Shown here: positions 1 to 13,323 of the stretch, one piece after another
Layout of the letters: every line of letters begins with the position of its first letter
Position numbering within the stretch: the first letter of the stretch is position 1
DNA from: Cirrosporium novae-zelandiae
Lineage: Eukaryota
NCBI GenBank assembly: GCA_026023565.1
Contig: JAPETS010000016.1
Coordinates: 620,001 to 665,504, forward strand
Direction of reading: 5' to 3'
Length of the DNA: 45,504 nt
Made by a program: the position numbers and the translations under genes
Notes under the pieces: model-generated
What the model was told of the DNA's origin: nothing
The model's input: the letters and a program-made list of their open reading frames with translations, nothing else
Database searches by the model: none

Positions 1-501
1 GCTCCGCTTGACCCACCCCCATTTTCTTGTTTCCGTTATTCTCATTTCAAGATGGTCCAGCCCACCGTCTTAACTTTGACCTCTTCTTCTAAATGAGATA
101 TTCCAGACGATGGTGAAATTTCCTTTTTTTTTTTTTTAACTGTTGGATTTGGTGATGAGATTATTTGTGCTGGGTTGATAACACTTTGATGCTGATGGCG
201 ACTGTGGGCTTTGGACAGAGATTCCTATGCGCAACAAACGACTGACTACAGAGTATATATATTTCAGGCAGACCACTCGGAGCAAGCTCAGATCCGCAAT
301 CTCCAGTGCATTATATGGAGCGATCCATAAGATCATGGTCGAAGAGTCATGAAATTGCACATATGCGAAATATATTCCACCTCTGGGCCTTTTTCGTTTT
401 TTTTTTTCAAACCCCAAAAATGACCAATTGGATAACATACATGACATGCATACCAGGTCAATGTTTCTTCTCTTCCACATCTCACCTCACCTCACAGAAT
501 C

Positions 502-1108
502 TTAATCTTGTACCTTCCCACCCACAGTGACCTTCTCCGAGGGCAACACAGTAACCACCATTCTCGCCGTCTCCGTCTCGCTGGTGTTCCTCCACGAGTG
601 CATGGTCCCTCTATGGATCAACACATCCCCGGCACGCAGCCTCCGTGTCTCGCCACTATCAAGAACCAACTCAACTAGTTAATTGCAAGATCCAGTTAGT
701 CAGTGGCTGCCCACATCGTCTCTCTCGGGATCAAAAAAAAAAGAACCAAAGAAATGAAATGAATCCCTTACTCTCTCCGGCCGTCATGACGCCAATATCT
801 AGACTCTGTGTGCGATGCATGGATGATGCCGTGGTAACGCCGGCTTCCGGGGGCCATTCGCAGATGATAGTCGTGCTACCGCTCGTGGGAATCAGACCGA
901 GGGATGGTGATGCGACACGGGTTTCGTGGGCCGTGAGGTCGGCGTCGTTGGTGAAATCAACGGGGAGTGGTCCCGGCTGGCTGTAGAGAATGGCGACGCG
1001 CGGATTGAGCAGCTTGACATTCAAGGATCTGAAGACCGAGTAGCCTTGGGGGTCGTGGGTTGTGATGTAGGTGGTTGGGATGGTTGGGGATGGGACTGGG
1101 GATGCCAT
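502..1108 (-). CDS. Cupin-domain protein (cupin_2-like fungal family), 2 exons
   Basis: Exon 1 1108-772 (MASPVP...MHRTQSLDIGVMTAGE), intron 771-675 (GTAAGG...CTGAC/CTAAC...TAG), exon 2 674-502 (IELVLDSGETRRLRAGDVLIHRGTMHSWRNTS...*). Both cupin motifs are present (MHRTxSxD and GDVxxxRGTMHxWRN). Confidence 0.88.
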
Positions 1109-1691
1109 GGTGAGAAGGAATTGAAGCTGGGCGTGAATTGGATGGACTGATGATAGGCACGTACGGGTGTGGCCATGATGTAGAGTATATATCAAACATC
1201 AGTTAAACTTCTCTTGTTCACGTCCTTAAGTCCGCCACAGATTATAAAAATCATAGGGCTTGTTTGTTGCTAATTCCACAAAGTCCGCCAAGCTAACTGA
1301 GCCAATCAGATCAAAGCAGCCACTATACCCTTAAAGTCAACTCGAACATCAAAGAAGAAATAATAATTACAGTGCTCCTACACAAGTCATGGACACGAAC
1401 AGTTGCATTTAATTTGTGTATTCATCCTATAAGTAAACTAAACTAATTATAATGGTATCATCAATTTCATACACTGTCGTCAAACTTGCATCATCATCAG
1501 CAGACATTAAAGTCGTCTGTCATCAATGGATCATGCTATTTGCTGTGTTTTTACTTTTTTTCTGAAAATTTCACTTTCTTTGCTCCTCTGTTCAAGGCCC
1601 ATGGTCATAACTATACCCAGCAGCAGTCACAACTCTAACCCATGTAGGTATGTATGGATGAATGTATGTGTATATATATGGGTATATATAT

Positions 1692-3431
1692 TTACGCCAC
1701 ACCTTTGTTTGCCTTCTTTGCTCTCCTCTCATTCTTCCTCTTGAAGTCACTGGCCAGCGTCTGGGCAAACTTGCTCCTCTCTCTAAACCAGTATCCTTTG
1801 AAGTAGAAAACATAGATTGGAATGGTCACGCATATCGCAATGCAACCCAATATCGTAGTCGGCCATTCGAGCTTGTACTTGCTGCCAACGTTTTCATAAA
1901 AGGGCATCGAGTACATGGCTGCTACACCGGCTAAGAAGTCTCTGGCGAAGCCGTTTCCACCAGTGGCAGATGCAGAATAGGGACCATAGGCTGCAACCAT
2001 GTAATCGATTGTTGCCATGTAGATGCTGTAGTTGGCGATGCCGACAAGGGCAGAGAAAAGGAGTGGAGCTATCCAGGGAACATTGGGCTAGGAAGGCAAG
2101 ATGTTAGTGAACTGATGGAAACGGGAAGATCAGAATATGCTTACGGGTCCTAAGCTTGTCCATGCGAAGCCGAAGAGACCGATTGTTTCCAGGGGTGCCA
2201 TCCAGAGTAGCCAGTACAATCTCCTCTCGGGTGGGAGTGCGTCTGGATCTATGCGGCGAATCTTCCGGTCCCGATGGATGAATGGAAGGAATGAAATCCA
2301 TGCGATGAAATATCCAACTAATAGAGGAATGAATGCGAGACCGAGAGCGATGGTGCTGAAATTCCATTGCTTGAATACCGGTGTATAAGATTCAAGGAAC
2401 GTGAAAATCAAAGCATCGCTGAAGCCACTGAGCATCGATAGGCACAGCACAATAGGTTCGAAAACAAACATTTGAAAAGGTCGAATCCAGATTTTGACGG
2501 TTTCGTGGAAAGTAAGTCGAGACTCCTTTAGTTCGTCTGCGCCATAGATGTTAGTCTCCCCAGCTTCACGTCGCCTCTTAGCTTCTCTATTGACAAGAAC
2601 AGAGACTCGTGTTTCTGGAACACAGAAGAAATGTAATGCTTGTGTGAAAGCACCAAAAATGAGTTGGAGCCAGAAAATCCAATGCCAGGAAAGGTATGTT
2701 TCCGCAAACCCTCCAACAATAGGACCAACGACCGATCCACCAACAGATGAAAGAACAACATAGGCAATAGCGTATTGCTGATCATCAGCTTCCCACATAT
2801 CAGCCACCATGCCTAACGTGACTGAACCTCCTGCAGATGAAAGACCACCCAGTCCACGACAAACTATTACTGTTCCGAAATTGGGAGCGAGGGCACAAGG
2901 AATCTGCCATATGTTCACGAAGAATAAACTAAGCTGTAAGATAGGCCATCGTCCAAACTCCTCACTCCACGGTGCCCAGAGTTCACAGCCGAATGCATAT
3001 AGAATAAGGAAGACACATTGACCGACTCGAGCACCTTGGGCGCTAATGTTGAATTCGTCCTCGAGACCGCTGACGGCGTTGCCATAAATACTGGCGTTGA
3101 AGTTCATAGAGGTTTGTACGACAAAGATGACTGTGATAATTCCCCATCGTTTCCATCGTGGCCAGCTGAACCCGAGGGCATCGTAGCAATCTTCTTCCTT
3201 GAGTTCGATCTTGCCATCGGGTCGAGGGCTGGTTGAACCAGGCGAGTCGTCATCCTTATCGCTGAGGTTCTCAACTTGACTGGTATGACGACCATCCAGG
3301 ATCTCTCCCGACGAACCTTCCTTAAGCTTCTCGTCATTATCTAAACCGACAGGTCCAACAGACTTCGAGTCGGCTGAAGTTATACCTGAGCCGCTAGAGT
3401 CTTGATCCTTGGACGACATGGTGGAATTCAT
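1692..3431 (-). CDS. MFS transporter, DHA1 drug:H+ antiporter family (polyamine/multidrug transporter-like), 2 exons
   Basis: Contains WPRWKRW, WAPWSEEFGRWP, RGLGGLSSAGGSV, PETR and EPIV motifs and multiple TM segments. Intron 2144-2088 (GTAAGC...CTAAC...TAG) joins WTSLGP to PNVPWIAPLLFSALVG...MATIDYMVAAYGPYSASA. Confidence 0.92.
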
Positions 3432-4112
3432 GCAGGATAAGATGGGGAGGATGAAAAAGGATGAAAAGTTAAGTGAATAAGGAGATTAGAAAACATCACT
3501 TCGAGGAATGATTGACCATTTATATAAAGAATGGGGGAAATCCGGAGAAATAATGGAAAGGCGCTAAATTATGAATGACCGACCGGCAAATGAAAAGTTT
3601 TAGGCTTTGCAAGAAAAGATAAAAGACTTGGGAAGTATAATTGACGTGTAGCACGTAAGAGGGTCCTCAATTCAAGACAGAACCAGCCGGTATCTCTTGT
3701 TACTAACAGGTAATGTTATGCCATGAGACGACCTTGTTACGTCATAGTGACCTCAAATACTTCCCCATTATTTGCCATAGTTATCCGGTGAAGGCCGTAG
3801 GATGGAGATATGGCAGTGGACCCAGTTTTTTCATTCTTAAAAACATTGCTCAACTTTTATCAGAAATTTACGGGAAATTTTTATATCAACCACGAGACTC
3901 GCCATCAAGAGGTTTGAGGCTCTAATAAGCCAAGCTGGACTAAGTAATTGCTAAGAGACAAAGCCAAGTTGAATGGCTGAATACAGTGCAAGAATGGCTG
4001 AAATGGAGGGATTTGACTGATGGACAAGGATCATCCTCCCCGCACTTCTCCTTGGCTTTAGTCGGCTTGCCCCGCACAATTTCCATCTTTAACCGAATTT
4101 GGATAAATCACA

Positions 4113-4167
4113 GAGCCCTAGGCGTGCCCTTAGTGTGCCCTAAGTGTGCCCTAAGTGCGCCCTAGGA
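4113..4167. repeat. Five tandem 11-bp units, consensus GTGCCCTAAGT
   Basis: gagccctaggc gtgcccttagt gtgccctaagt gtgccctaagt gcgccctagga, read directly from the sequence. Confidence 0.85.
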
Positions 4168-7100
4168 TAAGATTCTTGATCTAAACTAAAAATGGTATTC
4201 CGAGACACAATGGAGGTGCATTGGGGGTCAACCTCAATGTGACATGAAGTTTACCACAGATCCATTAAGATTCATCAAATAATTACTATTTTACCAATAT
4301 CTATTATCATATGACTATTTGAGGAGCCCCAGCTTTTGACTAGACTGTTCCCCACGTATTTTGACTTCTCTGTCTACTGTGAAATCATATGTCGGAATTG
4401 GTACTGTGTCGAGTACAATACCCTTTCGTCGTTTGGGAGTTGTGGGGATATCGCGTTTCTCTAACCTCTTTTACCTCATTCATTTCTGGTCCCATGATTG
4501 GCTTGTCATAATACCCACCTATCTGAGAGCCAACCCGCGTCTACTGCGAACTTCTGTTTATTCATAATCCATGTCAATAGGACCAGATCTACAAGTCGAA
4601 GTACGTTATGGAGAAATTCTCATATCTTTTGCCTGACTTATACCCCTGTCACCCACGTTTTTGTATTAAGCAGAAATGTAACCGTTTCGTGTCGCTCCAA
4701 TCTTCTGTCTCCAATCCTACCGCCGACAGTAGTATTGCATAATTTTCTCATCATCCTGGGTCTGGTCACCTGAATCTGATGTTCCCGGCATTCTAGAGAT
4801 TGGCATTTTAAAGGCTCTATGTTTCGCGGGGAATCTCAGAAACCCTTTCATAGCTAGTCGTGGGCTTTTGATGCCTTCTATATTGTCAACGCACAGCTAA
4901 ATCAACTCGAACCTTTGAAGCTTATTATCCACTCAAAATTTGTCAAAGTATCTCGAGTCAAATGATATTCTGGAGAAATATCGGCACAACACGTTAACGC
5001 AAAGGATAATCATTGGAAAGGTAAGGGATATGGCTTAGGAGTTTCACGTTTTAGAATTCGTCATTGGCTGCTGCAAGCTATGGATTTTCACATACGACGG
5101 CTCGCTGATTCTAGCTATCTATCTCTTTTACGATACTCTTCGTGACATTATTTCCATTCCATGTTCAAATGCCGAAAGACTGGAATACGCCGGAGTCCTT
5201 GGTAAGAGCTTTTGAAGGTTAAGGCGTTCAAAGGAGATCATACTTTCCACGGGTAGCAATGGAAACGAACAGACTTTCAAACATTTTTTGGCCTAGTCGC
5301 TTTCATTTCTACTCATTGAGAATATCTAAAAGAACAACCCATCATTATTCTAGATTAATTTGAATCTATGAGTGAAACCGGTGACTAAGAACGACAACTG
5401 ACAACGGGAGCAATTTTATGTGAGTTCGGACTGAGTATTTGCTAAAGTCGTATGGAATGTTTTAAGATACACGGGTCTGAGATTGATCCTAACAACAGAA
5501 GAAGTAGAATCCGTTAGAATTTCAAATTCATAGTTTATGAGACAGCATCAATCAATACATTTCAATCAGCTCAGAGCAATACTACCTACATGCACGTTTT
5601 TAGGGGCGATGAGCTATCTTAAAAGCAAGAGAATCCTAGTGGCTTCGGGGATGTTAGGAACTTCTGTTGCTAAACGGACGGACATGCGCATTATACAAAG
5701 CTCAACGTTTCTAGGAGGTCCAGCAGTTTAGCAGCTGGCAAATTATCAAGGCTTTCCATGCCTAGTTGATGATTGAAAGGTCAGTAATTGCTTAGCTGCA
5801 GATTTCAAAGCTTTAAGGGATTAAACCGAGTTAATTTGATATATGAGAGGTGGTACCCGTCTAGAGTAGGATTATACCAACCTATATTTTGAAGACGGCT
5901 GGACTGGAATAATTATGCCAGAGCAGAATTTTTGATGGCCTTACTTTTGGTAGGTAGAAATGACCGCCACCAAACCGTTGAGAGGCCTTTAGGCAAAATT
6001 AGTTGACTAGTAGATGGTGAACGATACTTGAGTAAAATAATTATGTGGTTGGGTGTCTACTCGAGTCTAATGCATTGTTCCATTCTCGACAAGAGATTGT
6101 TGATGGAGTCGGAGTCTCGGAGATGATGGTATGAAGTCTGGGGTCCCCTCGCGGGGATTCTCGGCCGTTACTACGTAGTAGTCGCTGCTGTAGTCCTTTC
6201 AAACCCAAAGTCTACATCCTATCTCACCTCGTACATGTACAAATCATTATCAGCATTTGAAAGGGGTAAAAACCCGTCCCAATATTCGTTTCGGAGTGGA
6301 TAGATATTATGCACATATGGCCCTTTCAATGAGACGGTCGACTGCTCAGTCTTTCAGACCGAAGAAACAAAAGCCGACCGGTAGTTTTACAATGCTCCCT
6401 GACCTCTATCCTTTTACCATGCCCAAGACATCGCTAAGCAAACTAACGAATCTACAAAGATATTATTTAATGGATACCTTGGTTGGAGTTTAATAAAATG
6501 GAGATATGGTCCAGACAGTCTACGAGGATACTTGTATTCAATGCCCCTGGATAGAATGTGGCTCGAATGACGTTCATGTTGGAGATGCCTTACTGGCTCT
6601 CAATTGCGTGCAGTGATACATTAGAAGCGTCTGGAAGGACAAATAAGCATGTGGCTTGAGGAAAATCTACGCCTAGGTTACTCATAAATATGCAGGTGAT
6701 TTCTTGTTATTATTGAAGTTAAATCAGGAAGGGTAATCACTTTGCCATTCATTTATTAAAGTACTCGCTCTGTTATTCCTCACCAGTATCAAAATAGCAT
6801 CTCCAGTATCCCCCACGAAGACATCCTTCTTAGCTTCTACTATCGCTTACTCCATTTAACTTGGCTAAACACCTGGTCTTAGGGACCCTCATTGCTTCTT
6901 AGAGAGATTTAAATTAATTCTTTAGATTTGGATTTTATTCCTCTATAAGATCAAGTTCATAAATTCCAAGTGTCAAAGCCAACTTCACAAGGTCCTATGA
7001 ATCTTTATATTGAGAATTGTGCTCTGCCTCTTAATAATCATCTTATGAGAAGATTTCCAGAAGGATATGACTATAGCACAATCTGTGGGAAATTATGACC

Positions 7101-7379
7101 CTGCATGAAGTTATACGGCAAAAAAATAATATGCTTTATATTTTCGAGATTATCAAGGCTTAACCTCAGTGACATAACACCTCCTATACACTATCTTCAC
7201 CGTTTCCAATAGTTATAGTGGTTGAGCAGGCTGGAGGAGACAATCAAGAGGGAGAGCGGAGGAGATGCTATGATGAAATTCTTGAAGAGTGTACAGCTAA
7301 CCTTGAAGAAGGCATTGAAGTAAGCCTTCATTTAAATAAGTTCGATACTACTAATTAAGTCAAAACCCATTGGTTAACA

Positions 7380-7939
7380 GAGCGCGCTTAGACAATACCT
7401 AGACATATAGTATATATATCCCGTAAAGAGGATTATAATTTTAAATTGACATCACTTTTCTCCTACTAGACTTGCTAGACTATTGTAACGAAAGCCCGAA
7501 GTTCCTTTGAAGTTGACGCAGGTTGGCTAGAGAGATTTTTAATTTTCTCTTGGACTTATGAACTTTTCTTTTACCTAGTCTATACCTTTCGCTAACTCTC
7601 CTAGATTTATTAATCCTAATCTTGATAACTAGCGTTGTGAATAGCCTGGACTGTCTACAAATTATATAATCTTGCGCGAAGCGCGGGGGGTTTTTGTTGA
7701 ACACTTATTCTAATTCGCAATATCTTATCTTATCTCCAGGTAATTTTATCTAATCCAAACTAAATTTAAAATACCAAGCTCCGATGCCCTTAAACTTCCC
7801 CCATCAACTTCAGTATCACAAAAACCCCCCACTCATTCTATAATTCATGTTTATATCGACCAAATAGACCTTGGGAAACTAAGGTCTATAGATGGTCTAG
7901 GTTAGACCGTCTATTTGGTCAAGTCTATTCGCAACACTG
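7380..7939 (-). mobile_element. Degenerate, RIP-damaged DNA-transposon-like relic (one terminus plus a destroyed ORF)
   Basis: The minus strand begins CAGTGTTGCGAATAGAC (TIR-like CAG start). A 12-bp inverted repeat GACCAAATAGAC lies at 7858-7869 / 7909-7920, with several TAGAC subrepeats. One minus frame 7699-7382 has 14 stops, all TAA/TAG, consistent with CAA/CAG to TAA/TAG mutation. No second TIR or target-site duplication found. Confidence 0.5.
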
Positions 7940-10756
7940 TCGATAACTGAAGGTGATCGTAGTCCTTTTTCCCGCACACAGTTAACTACAGTATAGTATG
8001 AGATATACATCCGTTGATTGGAGGGGATACTGATACCGACATACCTAAGCTTTATACAATATACTCCACGTCGAAACTTACACCCTCAGCAAAGAAGAAG
8101 ATATTCTGTTGTGATCCCCTGTTGAAAATTATTTTGAGATTCGGTCATGTTGATGATCACCGATATCTATGTGGCATCGGCTGCGGTAGTGTGATTTTAG
8201 AGTATTAAGGTAACTCATCCATTGAGTCATAGCTTAAGACCTCTTGTCGCCTCCAATTGGTGCCCGATGGCGAAGACTTTATAGCTACCCAACTGGAATG
8301 CCAATCAACCTCAAGGCCCTATCAGTATCATAGTCCTTTAGAAAGAGGCTCGGATGATTTTATATTTGGTCGGCTCAAATAGCCTTTAGATGAAACGAGT
8401 GTCAGTGTTGTTCTATCCTTGGACGTGGGTACTTATATAATCGTTCTGTGTGCTTTGCTAATATATCTACAGCCATAACAAAATCCATGGGCTCTTTAAT
8501 GTAAGCCTACAAAGCCAACCATCTGTATGGCGATCTAGATTCCCATCACAGGAATCTTCACCCGTAGTTTAACGGGTCGTAACCACGATGGCCGTTTCAT
8601 GCTTTTTCCATTGTCATGCTGATCTTGAGAGGAACAATCGTTTCATCACTGTGTCTTGTGTAGATACTAATCCTACGAAAAGAAAGAAACTGGTATAATG
8701 TGGGCACTCCTCACTCTGCCTTATCCCTTGAATCCTAATCACATTGTTGGTTTTTCACGAACATTGATCGTGCCATCCTGTTTGGAGACGAGAATTGCAA
8801 AAAGGATGAAGGTCAGCTTCATCGTACCTAGGTGAACTTTTCTATACTTTACAGCTTGGTTGTTTCGTTTCCGAACTCCAACTCTACTGATTGAATTTAG
8901 TATATACCTACCCCCTGGATTTCCGAGGATGCGGCGGCGTTTCTGTCTTTGGAGTATTTCAAAATGAACCCATCAAATCAGTTCAAAAATGTTGGATGTC
9001 AACAACTCGAAGCCTCTATAGTGTGGAACGCCTGAGGAAATACTTAACCATACATCTCGTTGGCCGTTCTTTGGTGTTTCATTCCCAAGCCAGACCGACC
9101 TACACCTGTATTAAAGACTACCCGTTTGCAACTAATGAGCCTCCCGAAGAACCTACTCTCTGCGGTATATAAATATTTTACAAGGGACAGTAGCTTGGGA
9201 AATACTGGGTGAAAGCTTATTAAAGAAGACGAGATTTTTTCTGCTTCTAGAAGAAGCAATTAAGTCACATTTTGGTCTATTACAACGAACTGTGGGAAAG
9301 AACTAGATCGTAAAGCTTAACTCAGCTAACATGCTCGTGTTTTGGATAGTGTTAATGGTTAGGGAGGGCTCTTGATTTTTTTGGCATCTTGAGTTTGCAC
9401 TTCCATCTGCTACTGTATCGCCATGATTCATATCACAAGAGCATACTACAGACTCTCTTCTAACCTTTAAATTGGCTTTCAACATGAGAATTCTGAGTAT
9501 AACCAAGCACTTGATTATCTACAATTCCCTTAGTCTAGCCAATCTATAAACGTCGGAGGCTTGATCTGGTCCGACTATCCATTTCCTCGCCGTGAAATGT
9601 TGCTCTTCGATCTAGGCTATTCGCTTTTTCTTCAACAACAAAAATGCCAACTTTGGTGGGTGTACTGTTGGAATGAGAATTTGCAAATAAAAAAAACCTT
9701 GCAAGGTTTCTTTTTCTTTTGTTTTTCTGGAATCTCTCTGAGGGAATCTGGATCTTGTTCTCGTCTCCAAAGACCTTGACACAAACATATTATGTGCCAC
9801 AAGCAAGAGGGCCTAAGGGGGTAGAGGAAAGGGGATTAGGGACACGGATCGGGTGCGGGAGGCATAAGGACATGATGCGAGAAAAGATGCTGGGAAACGC
9901 GTTATAGTCAAAATGAGAAGTTCTTATAGCAAAGGGAAAAGAATGAAGGAAAGGACAACTCTCAATTTGCATACTACTATAGATCCTGCAATTGAAATAT
10001 ATTTTATTCTACGCATGGGCAGCGCCTGTATTCCGCTACCTACGCTATCGTAACCGAGCCCTTGACCTTATTTTATAAGTCTAGAGGTAGTCTAAATCTT
10101 CTAATTAGAGAATCTCTTAGGGGTTCGTTTATATAGGAAGGTATATATATTAAGGATTGTAATCGAGGTGGGAGGAAAGCATTACATTATACTAAATCTA
10201 ATTGGAACATGAATACTGTAGTAGAATTGATGCGTATTGCTCAATAGAAGGATATAGGGGTTGGTCGAGAATTCCCTATTTCTATTTTTTTCCAAAAAAT
10301 CTATCTTAGAATGAAAAATTGAAGTGAAGAAACTCCTCGCTATCCTGGGTAGGTTAGAGTGGGTTCCCATACATATTTATATGGGGAAGCCCTCTCGAGC
10401 TCGGGTGCATACTGTTGAGGGTACAACCCTCCTTCAACCTTTACCCGTAGAATTAACCCATTCACTGCTACTCTTCCACAATACCTCTTGGTGTCCTTTT
10501 CGAAGGGACTATCCTAGTTGTCGATAGGAGACTCTTCGAAAGGTAGGTGGAATCACTGACCCACAGAAGAGTGGATCCCCTAATTGAAGGAGTTGGTGAT
10601 TAAGAAGAATTTGGTTATTCTGAAAAATGGCACCAAGTAGCGCTGGCTGGTGAAGAATATTGAGTTCATCTACTTTGACATATCACAGAATGAGTATCCC
10701 GCTTAGATGGTTGGGTATTCCAAATCGCTAGGGTCGATGAGAACTAATAGCTAGAA

Positions 10757-10780
10757 GAGAGAGAGAGAGAGAGAGAGAGA
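10757..10780. repeat. (GA)12 microsatellite
   Basis: Perfect dinucleotide run. Confidence 0.95.
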
Positions 10781-11503
10781 CCTACTTCTCTATTCCAAAG
10801 ACCTCTGCCACGTCATGCAGATTGAGATCTTGTGTAGCTAAGATTTTTATGTCGTGGAATGGTCCTTCGGCCTAGATTCTTGATCCGCCCGCAATTAAGA
10901 CCTTTGCCACATGGGATGGGGATCTCTAGCGTACCAATTGCAGTCTCATTGATATATGATGAATATAGATTGATTTTCAGCTCTAGTATGTAGTTGCGAC
11001 GATACGGCAAGGGTTTTTTCAATTGTTCAATTAGTAAATCCTTTGATAGTTGCTGTCCCGAGAAGGCCTCCTGGACGAGGAGCGGGAACCACTTCTAAAG
11101 ATTGTAGTATTAGATGGTAAGTGCTGTAAAATGTGCTGTACATCCTGCATAAGTTGCCTCATTATATTGATGCTTGATGCTCTCCAACGAAGAGGGTCTG
11201 GCCGTTGAGCTTAGCACTTTATGAAAACAGGTGAAGATGGAGGCCCTAGAGTTGAAGGTATGGTTTCCAAATCATTCATTCCAGCAACTCGAAAATAGAG
11301 CAAACAATCATCCCGTCTACTGTTAAAGTAAGCAATTTTATAATTCTTGTTAGCCTACAATTTGGTTTAGAAATAGGCGTTGGTAGGCTTCCTTGATATT
11401 GTTCGCTAAGCGAAAAACGTCAACCAAGGATCGTAAGGACTGAACAACGCAAATATACCAAATAACAAGGCAAGAGTCCAACAAGAACATCCAAAAGTCA
11501 CAA

Positions 11504-11599
11504 GCATTAGTGGTTTAATGGTAAAATTCGTCGTTGCCATCTTCATCCAAAAGGTACAGAAGATTCGACGAGCTCCGTGTTCGATTCACGGCTAATGCA
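11504..11599 (+). tRNA. tRNA-Gly (anticodon GCC) with a 25-nt intron (11540-11564)
   Basis: Acceptor stem GCATTAG/CTAATGC+A, A-box TGGTTTAATGGTAAAA, anticodon stem CGTCG/CGACG with loop TTGCCA|T, B-box GTTCGATTC and a downstream TTTT terminator. Removing the intron gives 71 nt. Confidence 0.96.
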
Positions 11600-13323
11600 A
11601 CTATTCTTTTGGTCCTTCACATAAGGAGAAGGGAAGGTGGGGTCGGACTATAGTTGAATTTTTTTTTAGTAGTGGGCTGAGCGGACATGAGCAGATTTCT
11701 CCTCAAAATGGTCAAGGTCACTTAACTTGAAGTTAAAAGCGCTGATAGAATATCGGCTTGTGGTCGAAAGATTTAGGGTATGAGCCCACTTCCGCTTTAG
11801 GAAATCGAAAGAAGGTTAGTCTAAGCAATGTTGAGTAACGGAAAAGGAGATACAAGTATTTCTTAGGTGAATGTGAAGTGTCAATAAAATTTTAAGGCCT
11901 TTGGATCAATAACGATGTGCCTTATTTATAGGCTGCTTACTGGCTGGAGCAGCGTCGATAGAGGGTCACAGGAAACATCCCAAGAGAGGAAAAAATACTG
12001 AAGTATCTGGTGGAGATGGTCTGATGTGTTCTTGTTCATATGTTCTATCGGATCCAATAATTGATGCTAGAGATGAACAAGAGTCCTAGCATCCAGTTAA
12101 ACCAGTTGTGCACCATAGCATCAAACCTTTGATCACGGAAATGTTCCTAGGAGGGAACCAAAACCATGGTTTGGGGAGTAATAGAAATTGGGTATATGTA
12201 TTGATAATAAGTCTATTTCTTGGGTACTATGAAATTGGCGATTAACGGCTGATCGATGTGGTGGATCATGGACACTTGGATGAATGTTGCTGTTGGTAAT
12301 TTGACTTCATGTGAATGACGATGAAAGACGTATTAACAGTAGATAGTTTCGGTATTGGATAATGTTGGGAAGTGAAAGCCATCGTTGATTGAGACCATAC
12401 AAGTGCTTTCTCTCCCCGTTGGTATTTATCGGAATTGCCCTCGTGCAGGTCAGAAGGGCTGGCATCAGGCTTGAAGATATGGAAAATATAAATTATCAGT
12501 ACCTAAACAGAGGATCAACAGCTTTAATTAGACATGATAAAGGTTTCTAGGAAAAATATTGGTAACACAAAATATTATCGGGAGGAACAGCATCAAATAC
12601 TATGAGATTAAGTACCATGACAGTTGAGAAAAAGAGAGCTGTATGCCGAGCCGTTTTTATGTACCACCTGTTCATGTGGTTAAAGAGACGTAAATCCAGT
12701 GCATGACGCTGCTGTGTATGGTGAGAAATTTCAAATTGTCAGCGGCAACAGACATGATTGACACGAATTTACAGGTCGACGTTGGTTTCACTATCAAAGC
12801 CACCTCCTGATCTTCCTATGCCAAGATTTTGTCATGAGCACCTTGCACGGAGGCGGTTAATCACATGGCAAGTAACTTCAACGCACTCGCATACTTGGAA
12901 ATTGGGCCCACACGTTTTGGTATGACATATGCATGGAACTTTTTGTATTTGCCATGTGTGTCTACTGGCCACCACTCTGCCGTCATTCTCTCTCATTCCT
13001 AGTGCTCATCCTCAAATATTTACAAGAAGTTGAGGAGTTCAGCTCATAACCCAATCGTGAAGAAGTAAAATCCCAGCCATGTTCATGATCCCGGTCCATG
13101 TATCGCCACCTCCCATATTTCCACCATGGTACCGTAAATAAATGAAAACTTGCCCCAGGCAAGCTCCCATTTTCAAACAACATAAAACGCCACGTATTTA
13201 TCAATTGATCAAACCATTCTCAAACTCTCGCATACCTTGAATGTTGAGATCAAATATTCCTTTGCCGGAATTTGAATAGGCGATGCGAGTCCCTAAGAGG
13301 GGACGAGGAGATATAGTAAGAAC

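Noticed and set aside
10040..10620. AT/TpA-rich stretch as a second transposon relic
   Set aside because: Composition is suggestive, but I found no terminal repeats or protein motifs.
11488..11554. CATCCAAAAG present both upstream of the tRNA and inside its intron
   Set aside because: A 10-bp match with no clear mechanism; may be chance or a tiny local duplication.
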